NCBI RefSeq assembly: GCF_000143415.4 | Contig: NW_003314346.1 | Location: 523,515 to 587,514, forward strand | From: Selaginella moellendorffii | Lineage: Eukaryota > Plantae > Lycopodiophyta | Reading direction: 5' to 3' | Length of the DNA stretch: 64,000 nucleotides | Shown: positions 1 through 11,553 of the stretch, piece by piece | Layout: every line of letters begins with the position of its first letter | Position numbering within the stretch: the first letter of the stretch is position 1 | Translations under genes and position numbers: made by a program | Notes under the pieces: generated by a model | What the model saw: only the letters and a program-made list of their open reading frames with translations | Database searches by the model: none | What the model was told of the DNA's origin: nothing

Positions 1-249
1 TTTCATGAGCATGAAATCCTCCTCCTTGGACGATTGATCCGGCACTGGAAGAAACGATGTTACTTGCACGGTGTTGGTTTCACGCCAGAGTTTGACGACG
101 AAGAACCTGTCCATGCGCGAGAACAGGCAGCCGATACGAGCACTGCCCATCGTCCGCTCGATTCCCTGGCGTAGAGCCGTGATATCCAACACGTTTCCAT
201 GAGGATCTCAGTGGAGCTCTCGCAGATTGAGCTCTCGCAAACATCCAAC

Positions 250-1749
250 TTAGCTCGCGATGGATTGCGAGCAAATGTTTGCCAATAGGATCTGTGGCAC
301 AGCGTCGCTGGGCAGCAAATTGGTGAGCTCTCCCCACACTCGCCTTGCGCGATCCACATCCCGGTGGATCTGGCAGCCAGCCAGCAGCGCCGTCCAGGCC
401 ACCGAGTTCGCGCTCGCGATCCCGCCCGACCCAACCAGGTCCTGCGCCCGGACTAGATCCCCTGCTCGCCCCAGCGCCTGGATCATCGACGACAGATGCT
501 CCTCCCTGGCCGCGATCCCAAAGTCCGGGAGCATTCCCATCCCCAGCCGCAATCCCTCGCCCACCATCCCGACGTGATTGCAAGCTGCCAGGACGTGCGT
601 GAGGCACACATCGTCGGGATCCAGCCCCTCCGCGCAGAGCATCCGGAAGAGATCGATCGCGCTCCTCGTCCGCGACTGGATCGCGATCATCGACGTCCAC
701 GACACGAGGTCGCGCTCTGGCATGCGATCGAACACCCTGCCCGCATCGCCAATCTCTCCATTCACCGCCAGCGCCTCGAGCAGCACCGTCCACGCCGCCA
801 TCGCGTGCTCGGGCATGGCGTGGAACGCGATCTTCGCCAGATCCAGATGCCCCAGATGGGCGAATCCAATCACCATAGCCGTGCTCGTCGCGGCATTCCA
901 CTCAGGCATGGATTCCAGCACCCCACCCGCGAGCTCCATTTGGCCGCGCTGGGAATATGCCTGGAGCATCGCGGTAGAGCACACGATATCGTGCTCGGGC
1001 ATGGAATCGAACACGCGCGCTGCCCGGTTGAGCTGCCCGCTCGTGGCATACATTTGGAGCATGCCCGTCCAGGATACCAGGCTCCACTCGGGCATGGCGT
1101 CGAATATGCCGCTCGCGTCTTCGAGCATATGCCCGGGCATAGTATATGCCTCGAGCATCGCGTTCCACGAGACTGTGGTGCGTTGCGGCATCCGGTCGAA
1201 GATCCGCCGCGCATCGCCGGGATGCCCGCCGTGGGCATAGGCTTGAATCATTGCCGTCCATCCTACAACGTTGCGTTGCGGCATCTTGTCAAACATGGCC
1301 TTCGCATCGGCAAGATGCCCAGCCAGGGAATATGCCTGGAGCATCGCGGTGTAGGAGACGACGTTCCTCTCCGGCATGGAATCGAAGAGGGCTTTGGCGC
1401 CCGCGAGTTCTTCGCTCCTCGCGAACGCCGTGATCATCGTGTTGAAAGCGAAGAGATCCGGTTCGGGCATTCGATCGAAGGTGGATTTGGCGAGACCAAG
1501 ATGCCCGCTCAAGGCATACGCTCGTAGCATCGCGGTCCAAGCACAAACATCCGGCTCCACGGCGCTCTCTAGCGCTCTTCGTGCCTCCTCCAGGCTCCCA
1601 AATCGGCCATACATTCTCACCAACGAGTTCCAATCCACTGGATTCCCACTCGCGACCATTTTCCTGTGGATCTCGCGCCCTGTTGAGAGATCTACGCATC
1701 GCTGGAGCTGGCCCTGGAAGGAGAGGGATTCCATCATCGCCGACGCCAT
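250..1749 (-). CDS. Pentatricopeptide repeat protein (PLS class, mostly 31-aa repeats, truncated E extension, no DYW), intronless
   Basis: 499-aa ORF with tandem 31-aa repeats such as FDRMPERDLVSWTSMI and AMLQAYSLAGHLADAKAMF. It ends with VLAACNHVG, HLSSMIQALGRAG and WTALLAGCQIH, typical of P2-L2-S2-E1. Confidence 0.95.
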   Translation of the reverse strand: MASAMMESLSFQGQLQRCVDLSTGREIHRKMVASGNPVDWNSLVRMYGRFGSLEEARRALESAVEPDVCAWTAMLRAYALSGHLGLAKSTFDRMPEPDLFAFNTMITAFARSEELAGAKALFDSMPERNVVSYTAMLQAYSLAGHLADAKAMFDKMPQRNVVGWTAMIQAYAHGGHPGDARRIFDRMPQRTTVSWNAMLEAYTMPGHMLEDASGIFDAMPEWSLVSWTGMLQMYATSGQLNRAARVFDSMPEHDIVCSTAMLQAYSQRGQMELAGGVLESMPEWNAATSTAMVIGFAHLGHLDLAKIAFHAMPEHAMAAWTVLLEALAVNGEIGDAGRVFDRMPERDLVSWTSMIAIQSRTRSAIDLFRMLCAEGLDPDDVCLTHVLAACNHVGMVGEGLRLGMGMLPDFGIAAREEHLSSMIQALGRAGDLVRAQDLVGSGGIASANSVAWTALLAGCQIHRDVDRARRVWGELTNLLPSDAVPQILLANICSQSIAS

Positions 1750-1791
1750 TCTTCCTCTTCTTCTTCCTCTTGCATCATTCTAAGCTAAAAT

Positions 1792-2148
1792 CTAGCTGAG
1801 CAGTGAGATCCCATTCTTGCGGAGAGTGTCCGTGATGACCTTGATGTGGCTATGGAACTTGGGCGCCTTCTCCGCGATCTCGGCCTCCATGTTAAACCTC
1901 GCCCTGAGCATCTGCTTCTTCCTCATCCTCTCCGCCAGCGTGAATCCAACCAGCTCCGCCGCCTGGAGGCTGTTCGTCTTGGGCATCCGATCGCGCAGCG
2001 CCGCCTCCACCGACGACGCCTCGGCATGCTGCGTTGTCTTGCGATTCCCCACAAACGCGATGATGTACTTGTTGTGGAAGCGCAGCCGCAAGAACTGCAG
2101 GATCGCCATAGCCGCCAAGAACCCTAAACCCCTCCCTTCCCGATCCAT
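1792..2148 (-). CDS. Ribosomal protein uL18-like (L18p family) protein, copy 2; alternative ATG at 2109
   Basis: LRLRFHNKYIIAFV, ASSVEAALR, AAELVGFTLAERM and DTLRKNGI match the uL18 pattern. Clear paralog of 2162-2473. Confidence 0.8.
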   Translation of the reverse strand: MDREGRGLGFLAAMAILQFLRLRFHNKYIIAFVGNRKTTQHAEASSVEAALRDRMPKTNSLQAAELVGFTLAERMRKKQMLRARFNMEAEIAEKAPKFHSHIKVITDTLRKNGISLLS

Positions 2149-2161
2149 CCAATCTATCCTG

Positions 2162-2473
2162 TCAGTAGAGCGTGATGCCGTTCTGGCTGAGCGCGACCGC
2201 GATGGTGGTGATGTAGTCGTGGTATCTGGGATCCTTGTCCGCGAACTCGCGCTTCATGTCAAACTTGGCCTTGTGGAGGCATTTGGCCTTCATCCTCTCC
2301 GCCAGCGCCCTGCCAACGAGCTCCGCTGAATCCAAGCTCATCCGCTGCTTCTTCTTGTCCTGGAGGAGCGATTCGCTGCTCGTCGCCATCACCACCTTGC
2401 GCACTCGCGCGCTGCTGATGAACGCCGCCATGTAGTAGCGCTCGAAGCGCAGCCTGAGATGATAGCACACCAT
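2162..2473 (-). CDS. Ribosomal protein uL18-like protein, copy 1
   Basis: First ATG at 2473: MVCYHLRLRFERYYMAAFI, ATSSE, SAELVGRALAERMKAK, IAVALSQNGITLY*. uL18 family pattern. Confidence 0.8.
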   Translation of the reverse strand: MVCYHLRLRFERYYMAAFISSARVRKVVMATSSESLLQDKKKQRMSLDSAELVGRALAERMKAKCLHKAKFDMKREFADKDPRYHDYITTIAVALSQNGITLY

Positions 2474-2742
2474 TGTTCCACCACTTTGTGAGAAAGAAAA
2501 ACCTTCGCCCTTTTCTACCCAAGATCTAAGAAGATCTAAAGAAGATCTAAGAGAAGATCTGAGAACACTGCCCAAGAACTAGACGAGAGAAGGAACTTCT
2601 GAGCGCAGCATAGCAAGAATGATAGATACAAAGCTATACAAAAATTCCCAGACCAGCCCAGGCCCCCCTTATTGCGTTGTGACACACCTCAATCGCGGAG
2701 AATACATACCAGGGAGTGGAGTGAAATCGATCGATCCGCGCG

Positions 2743-3646
2743 TCAGCTCTTCGTTTTCGAGTGCTTGACGAGCCACTCGATGACTACTTCGATGTTGGTG
2801 GAGTTCTTGCACGAGATCATGTAGCAAGAAACCTCCCTGTCCGCCAGAGATTGCAAGCTCCTGCAAGAGAAAGAAGCCGTAAGAACAATCGTCTAGAAAA
2901 AAGAGGAACTTTGCTGCTGGCTTACTCACATTTGATCGATCAAAGCCTGCTTGGAGAGATGATCCGGCTTATCAATCTTGTTACCGAGAACTAGCACTGG
3001 TACTCCGGCTAGCGATGGCTTTCCCAGTAGATCATGGAGCTCGTCCCTGGAAATCGCGACGTTCTCTCTATCAGAAGCATCCACAACGTAGCTGGAAAAC
3101 CAAAGAAAGTTTTTTTTTTCGTGCGTTCGTTAGTCGTCGCAAGTTGGCGGCTCGAGAAGTTCTTACACGATAGCTGAAACTCCGCGGCAATAGCGCTCCC
3201 ACATACTCCGGAAGCGTGGTTGTCCGCCCAGATCCCACAGCTTGATCGTCACATTGCCTTTGGTCACTTTTCTCATGTTGAATCCCACCTGCGAGAGATC
3301 CTCAGGTCAGGCATGGAGGAGAAAAGGATGGATCGATCGACAGAATTCCTACCGTTGGAATCATGTCCTCGTTGAATCCACCAGTCTGCAATGGAGGAGC
3401 TAGAAAAGATCAGCCAAGAAAGACTCTCTGCGCATTCGCGAATTTTCCATACCGCAATCACATTCACCAGCGACGTCTTGCCAGCGTTTTGGAGTCCAAT
3501 CAGCGAGAGCTCCATTTCTTGCGTGAAGAACAAACTAAGAGAGAGCGAGAGACAGAGAGCTCAATCACCAGAGCTGGGAAGAAATCCATGGATGATTCGT
3601 GCTCTTACCTGCGAAGCCAATTGAGGAAGGCGTCCCACAGCCCCAT
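2743..3646 (-). CDS. ARL8: ADP-ribosylation factor-like GTPase 8 (spliced, ~6 exons)
   Basis: Exons give [65 protein letters not shown] and a C-terminal [28 protein letters not shown] introns. Confidence 0.95.
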
Positions 3647-3918
3647 CGCCGCGCCCTGCCAAATGCCCTACCAGACTACACCATGCGCGCAAAAACCTAG
3701 TATCCCTAATTTGCCTCTCTTCTTTTCACTTGTGAAAGGTCACACTTCATCGTCCACCATAGCCTCAAGCTCCACTCAACCACGGCCGTGGATCTCGCCA
3801 GTGCCGTACGCCATACCGTACCACAGCTGTCCTCCAGCGCGACGCAATGTGCTGGAACAGCGGTGAACGTCCGATTCTCCGCCATCCAACGGGCGCGCTT
3901 TCTTTGTTTTTGATTCTT

Positions 3919-5793
3919 CTAAGTCTTGGAGCGCTTGTTCTTGCTGCCGCTACGTTGGTGATCCTCCCTTCCTCTTCCTCTTTTGTTTGATCGTGGGTTC
4001 CCCATCTTGTTCTTGGAGCCTCTACGTTGATGATCCTCCCTTTCTCTTTCTCGTTTGTTTGATCGTGGTTTCCCCGTCGCGAACTTCCCCATCTTCGGGA
4101 ACTGGTTAACCTTTGCTCGTCCAACTTTGAATCCGCGCTTAAATCCACGCTTTTGCGCTGCTCCGGTCGTAAAGTCTGGCACAAAAAGCAAGAAAAACTC
4201 CATCAGAAACAAGGAACTTGTCGCAACAAAGTAAAGTTTCGTTTACCTTCGCCAGGTTCTTCACCGACTTCCTGGCGATAATAATCGGCATCGTCGTCCT
4301 CTTCCTCCTCCTCGTGTTGTTCCTCACCATCCATGTCCACGTCCATATCATCGACTGGCTCCTCCTTCTTTTTCTTGTTCTTCTTCTTGTTTTCTTCTCT
4401 CAAAAGCCTGACAGGCAGATCAGAGAGCTGAGCCAAAGAGAAACAAAGAGGAACAACGCTCACTCTTTCCGTCGAACGTTCGCTTCCTGTTCTGCCTTTC
4501 TTTGCTTCCGTAATGCCTCCCGCTTCTCGAAAGTTTCTTTCAGTTCTGCTACTTCTTCCGCGGTTTTTTTAACTGAAAAGAAACGAAAAACAGCTCGTCG
4601 TCAGCAAGCTGCTTCCACACGCAGTGCATGAAAACATACCATACTCGTGGAACATGACCGCTCCTGAACAAAGCCCCTCCTCGACTTTCACGAGCTGCAG
4701 CGTCATTCTAGGCCCGATCTCATGGAGCTTGACAGCACTCTGTTGTGATGCCGGATTTCCTCGTCCATAATCTTGTGGCAGCGTCACCCTTGAGGATTCA
4801 TTCTCAGCTTCGCTCTCAGACCCATATCCGGATCTACGAACAAGAAGAAAAGGCCGTGAGAAACAATGACACTGTTGCTTGGCTAGAGAGGCATACTTGG
4901 TAACAAACTCGCTCACGTCGTTGAGCGTCCTGAGATCTGGAATTTTGGTACGTTGGACAAGCTTACGAATTCCACGAGAAACCCCGACGGGCTGTGCGCT
5001 GATCGCATAGTGGCGAAAGTCGATCACCTTTGTGTCTTTGTCATAGTTCAAGAGGAGAACCCTTTGACAAAGCGAAAGTTTCACCTGAAAATCAACTATA
5101 AATCGACGTGAGCTTGTGATGCAGCTCTACCTTTTTCACATCGATAACTGGGAAAATGTTTTGGAACATAATTGTCACAAGCTTCAAGTGAGCTTCAGCA
5201 GGATTGAATCCGTTAAGAACAACCTGAGCAGAAGGACGAGTCATAACGATCGTCTTTGCAAAAAACAAGTTTTTTTTACCAAAGGTGGATTTTTGAAGAT
5301 TGATGGTGGTGCTCGGTACCTTAGAAGAGCACGAGCAACGTCCGCGGCCAGGCAGAAATCATGAACCTTGAAGGTCATGGTCGGGCCGTGAGGACTTCGG
5401 GCAACTTTCATGTAAGGAGCGTTCTTCGTGTTGGACAGGATCACAAAATGCGAAACACCCAAAGGACCAGCGACGTGAACAAAGTCCTTAAGCGTGTTCT
5501 TCCCAGATTCCTAAAGAGAGAGGTCACTCGCATTTCCTCTGGAAAATCTGCCCGGGCTTACCTTGAGATGCAATGCAGTGTGAGGAAGCATCAGCTTGCG
5601 CAAATCCTGCTCCAAATTCCGGAGAAGCACCGGCAGTTTCCCTCTGCCAATGACAAAGCTCCTGGGAATCTTCTCGCCCGTCTCATGGCTCGGCGCTAAC
5701 TCCTTGTGCGTGTGCTTCTTCCTCTGCAACAACAAGCAATGAATCGATCCAGAAGAACGAAGATCCAAGACGCACCCTTCGCGTGTGTCCCAT
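3919..5793 (-). CDS. PPAN: Peter Pan / Ssf1 Brix-domain ribosome biogenesis protein (spliced)
   Basis: KIPRSFVIGRGKL, DLRKLMLPHTALHLK, GVSHFVIL, PHGPTMTFKV, IDFRHYAI and QSAVKLHEIGPRMTLQLVKVEEGLCSGAVMFH, followed by an acidic/basic tail. Confidence 0.93.
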
Positions 5794-5883
5794 TGAAGAA
5801 CCCTAGCCTAGGGTTTTACGGCACCCAAGAATATTCTATTTGGTGTAAGAAAATGGTATATTCACAGAGCTTTGGTAGCATAT

Positions 5884-7044
5884 TCACATAAATGAGAGCT
5901 TGAAAAGGATAGCTAATGTTGCACCCGCCGCGATGTTTAATACATTGACAATGTCGTTGTTTAGCTACACAAGAACACAAGGGAGATGGTACTTTAGTTA
6001 GAACGAATAGTAAGAAAAAATTCGTGGATTTACCCATTCGAATCCAGGCTTGCCTTGTAACGTAGCTCCCAGATAGCTCTCGAAAAAATTGGCAACTTGC
6101 GAAGATATCACACAGATCACCGCTCCGGAAAAATCCACCTAGCGCAAGAACACGATCGAAGATCACGATCAAGCGATCTGGAAACGATTTATCCAAACCT
6201 CATGCAAGCTCCAGGCAGCGGACGCTAGGAGGATCGAAGCAACGAGTCCAGCGGCAGTGCCTTCCAAACTCACTGCTCCCTCGGTTCCTCGCGGAACGAT
6301 CGAGAAGTTCGTCACGAGGTACCTGAGAATGAGAAAGATGATCACGACAAAGAAGAACTCGAAAGAACTCGCTCACGTTGTCTTGCCGTAAGCTTTGCCG
6401 ATCTCGCTGGAGATGGTGTCGCTGAGCTTGGTGGAGAAGCTGGCGACGAAGGCGAGCTTCCAGAGCGGGAGGAAATCGCTTCCACCGATCCCAGAGGCGG
6501 CGGCCAGCGCGCACACAATGCCGGCGCTCCCAGATCCCCACACGCTCGCTGGCCCGCGCTTGCCACTCCGCTTCTCCGCGATCCCCTCGGCCTCCTTTTG
6601 CTTGATCTTCACCTTGGTCGCTCCAGTTCCCTGCAAGAACGAAGAAACCTCTCGAAACTTTTTCCCCAAGAAATCTGGCGATGGATCGAGAGACTCACCA
6701 GGCAAAAGTAGATCGCGGCGACGAGCAAGCCTTGTCCGCCAAACGCCCTCCACAGCACCAATCCCAGGATGTAAGCATTGCCGACGCCCGGCCAGGTGAG
6801 GCCAGCCCTAAGCAGCGGGAATCCCAGCGCGAAGATCACACCATTGGCGACCATGGCAGCTCCCCACGACGCGGGATCCTCGGAGAATGCCCAGCGCACC
6901 ACTTCGATCGCGCTCCTGGCCTCCTCCATACTCGCCCTCACGCTTACCGTCGATCTCCTCCTCGATCTCCTAAATCTGGGCTGCGAGGAGCTAGATCTGT
7001 GCGCGATCTTGCTGCCGCATTGCGATGGAACCAGGCATAGCGGA
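5884..7044 (-). CDS. VTE6: VTE6-like phytyl-phosphate kinase (DUF92/TMEM19 family), plastid-targeted, spliced
   Basis: GTGATKVKIKQKEAEGIAEKRSGKRGPASVWGS, FSTKLSDTISSEIGKAYGKTT, VPRGTEGAVSLEGT, ESYLGATLQ and LNNDIVN. Ser/Arg-rich transit-peptide-like N-terminus. An upstream ATG near 7082 is possible. Confidence 0.9.
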
Positions 7045-7132
7045 GGCCACCGCGCCACGCTCATCGCCTGCCCTAAATCCATGCTTTTAGGGGAGGGCAA
7101 TCCATCGATCGATCCATCATGGGCGCCCCGCG

Positions 7133-9088
7133 ATGAATCGCCAGCAATGGCTGGATCGCATCAAGGCCTCGAGCAGGAGCGCGCCGCGATGTGGCGAGAT
7201 CTTGAGCCTGCTGATCCAGGAGCAAGAGCAAGAAAAGCAAGATTTGCCCGTGTGGAACAAGCTGATCGAGACGCTTGGGCGATTGGGGAACATCACGCAG
7301 GCGAGGCGCGCATTCGATGCCATTGCCGCCAAGGATGCCTTCTCGTGGGTGATCATGCTCTCGGTCTACTCGCGGAATGGGCAAGTGGAAGAGGCCAGGA
7401 AGATCTTCGACGCCATGCCCGGCAAGAACACCGTGGCTCTCAATGCGATGCTGGCGGCGTATGCCAGGAATGGTCTCGTCGGGGACGCTAAGAAGTTCTT
7501 CGATTCCTCCATTACTAATGGGAACCTCATCGCCTGGAACACTCTTCTCGCGGCATATGCCCAAAACGGGCACCTGGATCGAGCAAAGACGATCTTTGAT
7601 TCCATGCCCGCGCATGATCTTTGCTCCAGCACTGCGATGGTTGATGCCTTTGGGGAGATTGGCCTCCTGGGCGATGCTAGAAGAGTGTTTGATGGAATGA
7701 AGCTTCGAGATCTCGTGACTTGGAATGCTATGATCTCTGCGCTTGCCCGGAGCGGGCATTTCGAGGAGTGTCGAGAGCTGTTTGATAAGCTTCCTTTGCA
7801 GAGCTTGGTATCTTTCACTGCTGTGCTGGGAACTTTTGCGCAACAAGGGGATTTGGAGGTTGCAAAGATTCTTTTCGACGAAATGCCCGAATGGGATCTT
7901 GTGTCGTGGAACGCCATGATTTCACTGTATGCCCAAAGCGGGCATTTTGACAGAGCAAAGGAGATGTTTGATCTGATGCCCAAGAGGGATGTTTTCACCT
8001 GGACGGCAATGCTTGTCGCTACAATCACTTCTCAGGGCTTGCGAGAGGCAAAGCTTTTGTTTGATCGAATGCCAGAGAGAAGTATAGTCTCTTCGACTGC
8101 GCTTCTTGCCGCATATGCCCAGAGAGGGCATCTCCAAGAATCCAGAGACCTGTACCGCTCGATGCCCGAGAAAGATCTCTACTCCGCCACCGCAATGCTG
8201 GGCGTTCTTGCGCAGCACAGCCTGGTCGGAGAGGCGCAAGGGATTTACGAGAGCATGCCCGAGTGTGATCTCATCTCATCCACGGCAATGCTGGTTGCGA
8301 ATTCCACCCAATCTGTCGATTCCGCGAAAGCAATGCTAGAATCCCTGCCGGACAAGCTCGATCCCACCGCCTGGAACGCGATCATCTCCGCCCTAGCCCA
8401 CAGCGCGCACGGGCTGGAAGAAGCTCGGGCGCTGTTCGATTCCATGCCCCAACGAGATGGCGCTTCGTGGAGCGCGATGCTAGAGGCATATGCCCGGCAT
8501 GGGTATCTTTCCCTGGCTCGGGAGATATTCCAGGGCATCCCACAGCGCGACGACTTCGCGTGGAACTCGATGCTGGCGGCATATTCCCGGAACGGGTATC
8601 TTGCCGAGGCATATGCGGTGTTCGATTCCATGCCCCGCCAGGACTTCGTCGCGTGGAGCTCGATGCTCGCGGCATATTCCTTGAATGGGCATCCTTTGCA
8701 GGCATTGGACGTTTTCGACGAGATGAAGGCCAGCGAGTTTCCCGACGAGGTGTGCTTCGTGCTCGTGCTACTTTCGTGTAGCCATGCCGGGAAAGTCTAC
8801 GACAGCGGCAGGAACTTCGTGTCGATGGCTATGGATTTCGGGATTCAGCCGACAAGGCAGCACTACTGCTGCATGGTCGACTCGCTCGCTCGATCCGGAT
8901 TCGTGCGAGAGGCTCGGGAGCTTGTCGGGAGCATGCCATTTGTTCCAGACTCGGTGGAGTGGACGGCGCTGCTGGGGAGTTGCAAGAACCACGAAGAACA
9001 CCGGGATGGAGCTCTGGCGGCCAAGTCGGCCCTTAACTCGGCTCCGGGAGACTCGTCTTCGTATCTGCTGCTTGCGAGCTTTGTGTGA
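7133..9088 (+). CDS. Pentatricopeptide repeat protein (PLS class, long run of 31-aa repeats, short E extension, no DYW), intronless
   Basis: 651-aa ORF of repeated FDxMPxRDxxSWNAMLxAYAxNG units. Ends LLSCSHAG, HYCCMVDSLARSG, WTALLGSCKNH, SYLLLASFV*. Confidence 0.96.
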   Translation: MNRQQWLDRIKASSRSAPRCGEILSLLIQEQEQEKQDLPVWNKLIETLGRLGNITQARRAFDAIAAKDAFSWVIMLSVYSRNGQVEEARKIFDAMPGKNTVALNAMLAAYARNGLVGDAKKFFDSSITNGNLIAWNTLLAAYAQNGHLDRAKTIFDSMPAHDLCSSTAMVDAFGEIGLLGDARRVFDGMKLRDLVTWNAMISALARSGHFEECRELFDKLPLQSLVSFTAVLGTFAQQGDLEVAKILFDEMPEWDLVSWNAMISLYAQSGHFDRAKEMFDLMPKRDVFTWTAMLVATITSQGLREAKLLFDRMPERSIVSSTALLAAYAQRGHLQESRDLYRSMPEKDLYSATAMLGVLAQHSLVGEAQGIYESMPECDLISSTAMLVANSTQSVDSAKAMLESLPDKLDPTAWNAIISALAHSAHGLEEARALFDSMPQRDGASWSAMLEAYARHGYLSLAREIFQGIPQRDDFAWNSMLAAYSRNGYLAEAYAVFDSMPRQDFVAWSSMLAAYSLNGHPLQALDVFDEMKASEFPDEVCFVLVLLSCSHAGKVYDSGRNFVSMAMDFGIQPTRQHYCCMVDSLARSGFVREARELVGSMPFVPDSVEWTALLGSCKNHEEHRDGALAAKSALNSAPGDSSSYLLLASFV

Positions 9089-9192
9089 TCACGATGAACG
9101 AGGCTAGATCATCTGCACCGAGGAAAAAGAAAAGTCACTACTATACAAAACAAGACCCACCACTGTACACCAAGAATCGCCCAGCTGTGGAG

Positions 9193-11553
9193 CTATGGAG
9201 GATGCTGTTGTCGCCAAACACGTCGGTTACCTGGTCTAGTGGGAAACTTGAAAGCCGGTCTGGTTAACTGAGTCATCTGTAAGGTGTCCTCCGCAAAGAC
9301 CACGTCTGGCTTCGGTGGTGCCCGGCTCCGGCAAGGCTGTTCCAACGTTGTGGTAGCGGTCGTGGTGGCTCTCACATTTTCGGCGGCCTGTTCTTCAGGA
9401 ACTTCCAACGTTCGAAGCCACGCAAGGCACTCCTGGTCTCGCTGCGATCGAATTTCCAGCATCCGTTGCTTGTTCTTGCCCATTGAGTTGAAGTAGCTGC
9501 TGGAGCTTGTGCTCGTCTCGTTGCTTCTAAGTTGCTGCCGCCTGTCGCCCAAGCTTGTGCTTGGCCGCTTGTCGTTGTAGCTCTGGACGGTGACTTCCAT
9601 CTCTTCTGTGACTGTCTCCAGCTTTCTGGATTCGTTCTTCACACGATGGATCTCTCGGTCTGATGATGGAGCAGCGGCAGGAGATACTGCTGGTGGTGAA
9701 GCTTGTGCAGCTATTGTTGCTGTCGCAACAGGAGGAGCTACCGCTGGTGGTGGTGGTGCTGCTGCTACTGTTGCCACTGGTGCTGGTGGCGGTGGTGCTG
9801 CTGCTGCTTCTGCCGCTAGTGCTGCTGGTGGTGGTGGTCCTGGAGCTGAAGGAAAACTTTCATTTGGCTGAGGCAAACTCGCAGGCACTGAAGCCTCGGA
9901 AGTGAAAGCCAGACGCGACGGTGGTCTTGAATAAGGTTCTGGTGACGGTGAACCTCTAGTCTTCTTTTTCGATGCCTTCGAAGACTTCGAAGACTTCTTG
10001 GAGGACTTTGAGGACTTGGACGACTTGGACGCTACCTCCGGCGGCACTGGAACAACAGTATTTGGTTTGGGCTTCTCACATACATCCGAGGCCGAGAGCT
10101 TTCCAAGGTTGAGTTTTGGCACCACCGGGCTGGCGCTCCGGCATCTTGGAACAGCTGCTGGCTTGGCTGAGTGAGAAGATGTCTGGCACCCTTGATCCAC
10201 CGCGACCTGAGTAACCGCGTCACCAGCACCTTCACTTCTATACACAACGTTGTAGTAAGGATCATCTGCTCCTCCACCTCTCAGCTTAAGTCCAGGTATA
10301 GGAACACCTTTTCTAGCGAGTTCCATCAGCTGCTTCTCCGTCCTTGTTATCAATGCTGACAAAGTGAGCGTTCTCCTTTCTACCTTCTCCTTGCTGGCTT
10401 TCTCCATATCGACCAGTTTTTCGAGGCAACTCTTGTGCTCCATAATTCTGTCATAAAGCCTGGTCATTTCTTTTGCCTCTTGCGTTGCCGATTCTGCTGC
10501 CTGCTTGCTTGCATCCATGTCCTCGTTGGCTTTTGTGACAGAGCCTTGTAGAGCCTACAGAATCAAGAACTTTACACTCCTAAAGACAGGAAGGTCGAAT
10601 ACCTGGATGGAGGCATGAAGCCGCTCGTTTGCAAGTTCGAGTATCTTGTTCTTGTCTTTCATGTAATTGATCTCCTTGTTTTCTTTGCTCAGTCGTTGCT
10701 GTGACTTCTTGAGATGCTTGATTACCTCCTGCAATCTTCCCATTTCCCCGGCAAAGACATCTCTTTCAATTTGGATCTCCTGAAACGAGAACAGCAATTT
10801 CTAAAGAGTTAAATTAATAAACCTGAAGCTGAAAAGCTCACTGACTTTTGAATTGGTCACGCGTAAGTCTCGTTCAAGCTGGTATATCTCGTCCTCCTGC
10901 GAGCTACAGAGAGCTTCAAACTTTGCCATCTTCAATCTAAGGCCTACAGAGATTATAAAAAGTAAATGCTGAATGCTTGGAACAATTCAGTTGTAGAACG
11001 TACCCTGAACAATAGCACGCAACCTCGTTGGAGCACCAGTCCGAGGACCCTTTATCCCCAGCTTCTCCAAACTATCCACGTTTTTCTCCAATCTCCTGTA
11101 ATACAGAATGTCCACTGAAACCAATAAAGCCTTGAATCACCAACAAGGAAAATAGAACGCTTCTAGCAAAGAGAAAATAGAGCACCTGTTTTGAAGCCTC
11201 AGCCTGGACGCGTACACCTTTTGCTTCTTGATGAGAGCGTTTCGATCGTTTATCGCTTGAGAGAGCTTCATTATCTCCTCGTAAAGAGACTCCATGTCGC
11301 GCTCCTTGAGAATTTTCATCTTTGGCAGCGGACAAGGCGCGATGAAGGGCGTGGGAGGCCTTGAGGCGCCTCCCCTGGACATGCCACTTTGCGGTGTTCT
11401 AGCCCTGGTACCCAAGCTTCCGGCGGTCACAGGCCTTGGAGGCATGTCCTCGATTTCCCCAGGACCCCATTCCTGGAAAACAAAATCATCTTCTTCATCG
11501 TCGTCCTCAATGCTGGACGACCACACTGGACTGGTGCTCGTTGGCCTCGCCAT
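9193..11553 (-). CDS. Uncharacterised coiled-coil protein with Pro/Ala-rich disordered C-terminal half (spliced)
   Basis: ORFs 11137-11553, 10555-10797 and 9193-10518 are separated by short GT-AG introns. Heptad-like E/K/L-rich segments are followed by a low-complexity PPPA/AVA tract. Confidence 0.7.

Noticed and set aside
1-200. Start of another minus-strand gene running off the window edge
   Set aside because: About 50 open codons with no recognisable motif; cannot be supported from this window.
260-1783. Overlapping antisense and alternate-frame ORFs across the PPR gene (likewise across the second PPR and the RDR)
   Set aside because: Shadow ORFs of GC-rich coding sequence with no recognisable motifs.
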